Source: Mobula birostris (Eukaryota). Taken from it: a DNA stretch of 64,000 bases. The notes beneath the pieces were generated by a model that was not told the origin of the DNA, did not search any database, and saw only the letters and a list, made by a program, of their open reading frames with translations. Positions 63,750 through 64,000 of the stretch are shown here, in pieces; the stretch's first letter is position 1; each line of letters begins with the position of its first letter. A program made the translations under genes and the position numbers. The stretch covers positions 38,468,774 through 38,532,773 of the forward strand of contig NC_092385.1 of NCBI RefSeq assembly GCF_030028105.1. Direction: 5' to 3'.

Positions 63750-64000
63750 CCATAGAACCATAGAACACTACAGCACAGAAAACCCCTCATAATTTTGTAA
63801 ACCTCTATCAAATCCCCCCTCATTCTTCTACGTTCCAAGGAATAAAATCTTAACCTGTTCAATCTTTCCCTGTAACTCAACTCCTGAAGACCCGGTAACA
63901 TCCTAGTAAATCTTCTCTGCACTCGTTCAATCTTACTGATATCCTTCCTATAGTTAGGTGACCAGAACTGTACACAATACTCCAAATTTGGCCTCACCAA
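63750..64000 (-). mobile_element. CR1 3' fragment with an internal deletion (runs off the window end)
   Basis: VRPNLEYCVQFWSP..RGDLIEVYKIMRG joined directly to the tail; lacks about 300 bp present in the 26684-27132 copy. Confidence 0.85.

Noticed and set aside
1-64000. CRISPR arrays, prokaryotic operons, rRNA or tRNA genes
   Set aside because: None seen; the sequence is vertebrate, and tRNA-like boxes occur only in SINE heads.

Overview
Repeat-rich vertebrate genomic DNA. The repeat mix (CR1, Rex1/Babar, Penelope, V-SINE/HE1-like and Deu-domain SINEs) suggests a cartilaginous fish, probably a ray or shark; this is an inference. The only convincing host gene is an uninterrupted SREB-family orphan GPCR CDS at 30967-32082 (+), most likely GPR27/SREB1, in a CpG-rich, TE-poor island. 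The first 16 kb is a nested pile-up of four I/Nimb-clade LINEs. Copy A is interrupted by an internally deleted Gypsy element and a CR1 fragment. Copy B is full-length, encodes RNase H and has a 13-bp TSD. Copy D is a truncated opposite-strand copy. Copy C (10632-12608, 12-bp TSD) is the most unusual: it carries only a near-intact ORF1, a decayed coiled-coil segment that looks host-derived, and a 79-bp 3' tail 76/79 identical to that of B. Two of the three differences form a compensatory base pair in a stem. A decayed Sushi-like chromodomain Gypsy element lies at 50772-56809, and one of its LTRs holds a 58-bp Nimb-tail-only insertion. A near-complete Penelope element lies at about 57045-60250. 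All calls come from reading the sequence by eye; no searches were run, and boundaries of old repeats are approximate.
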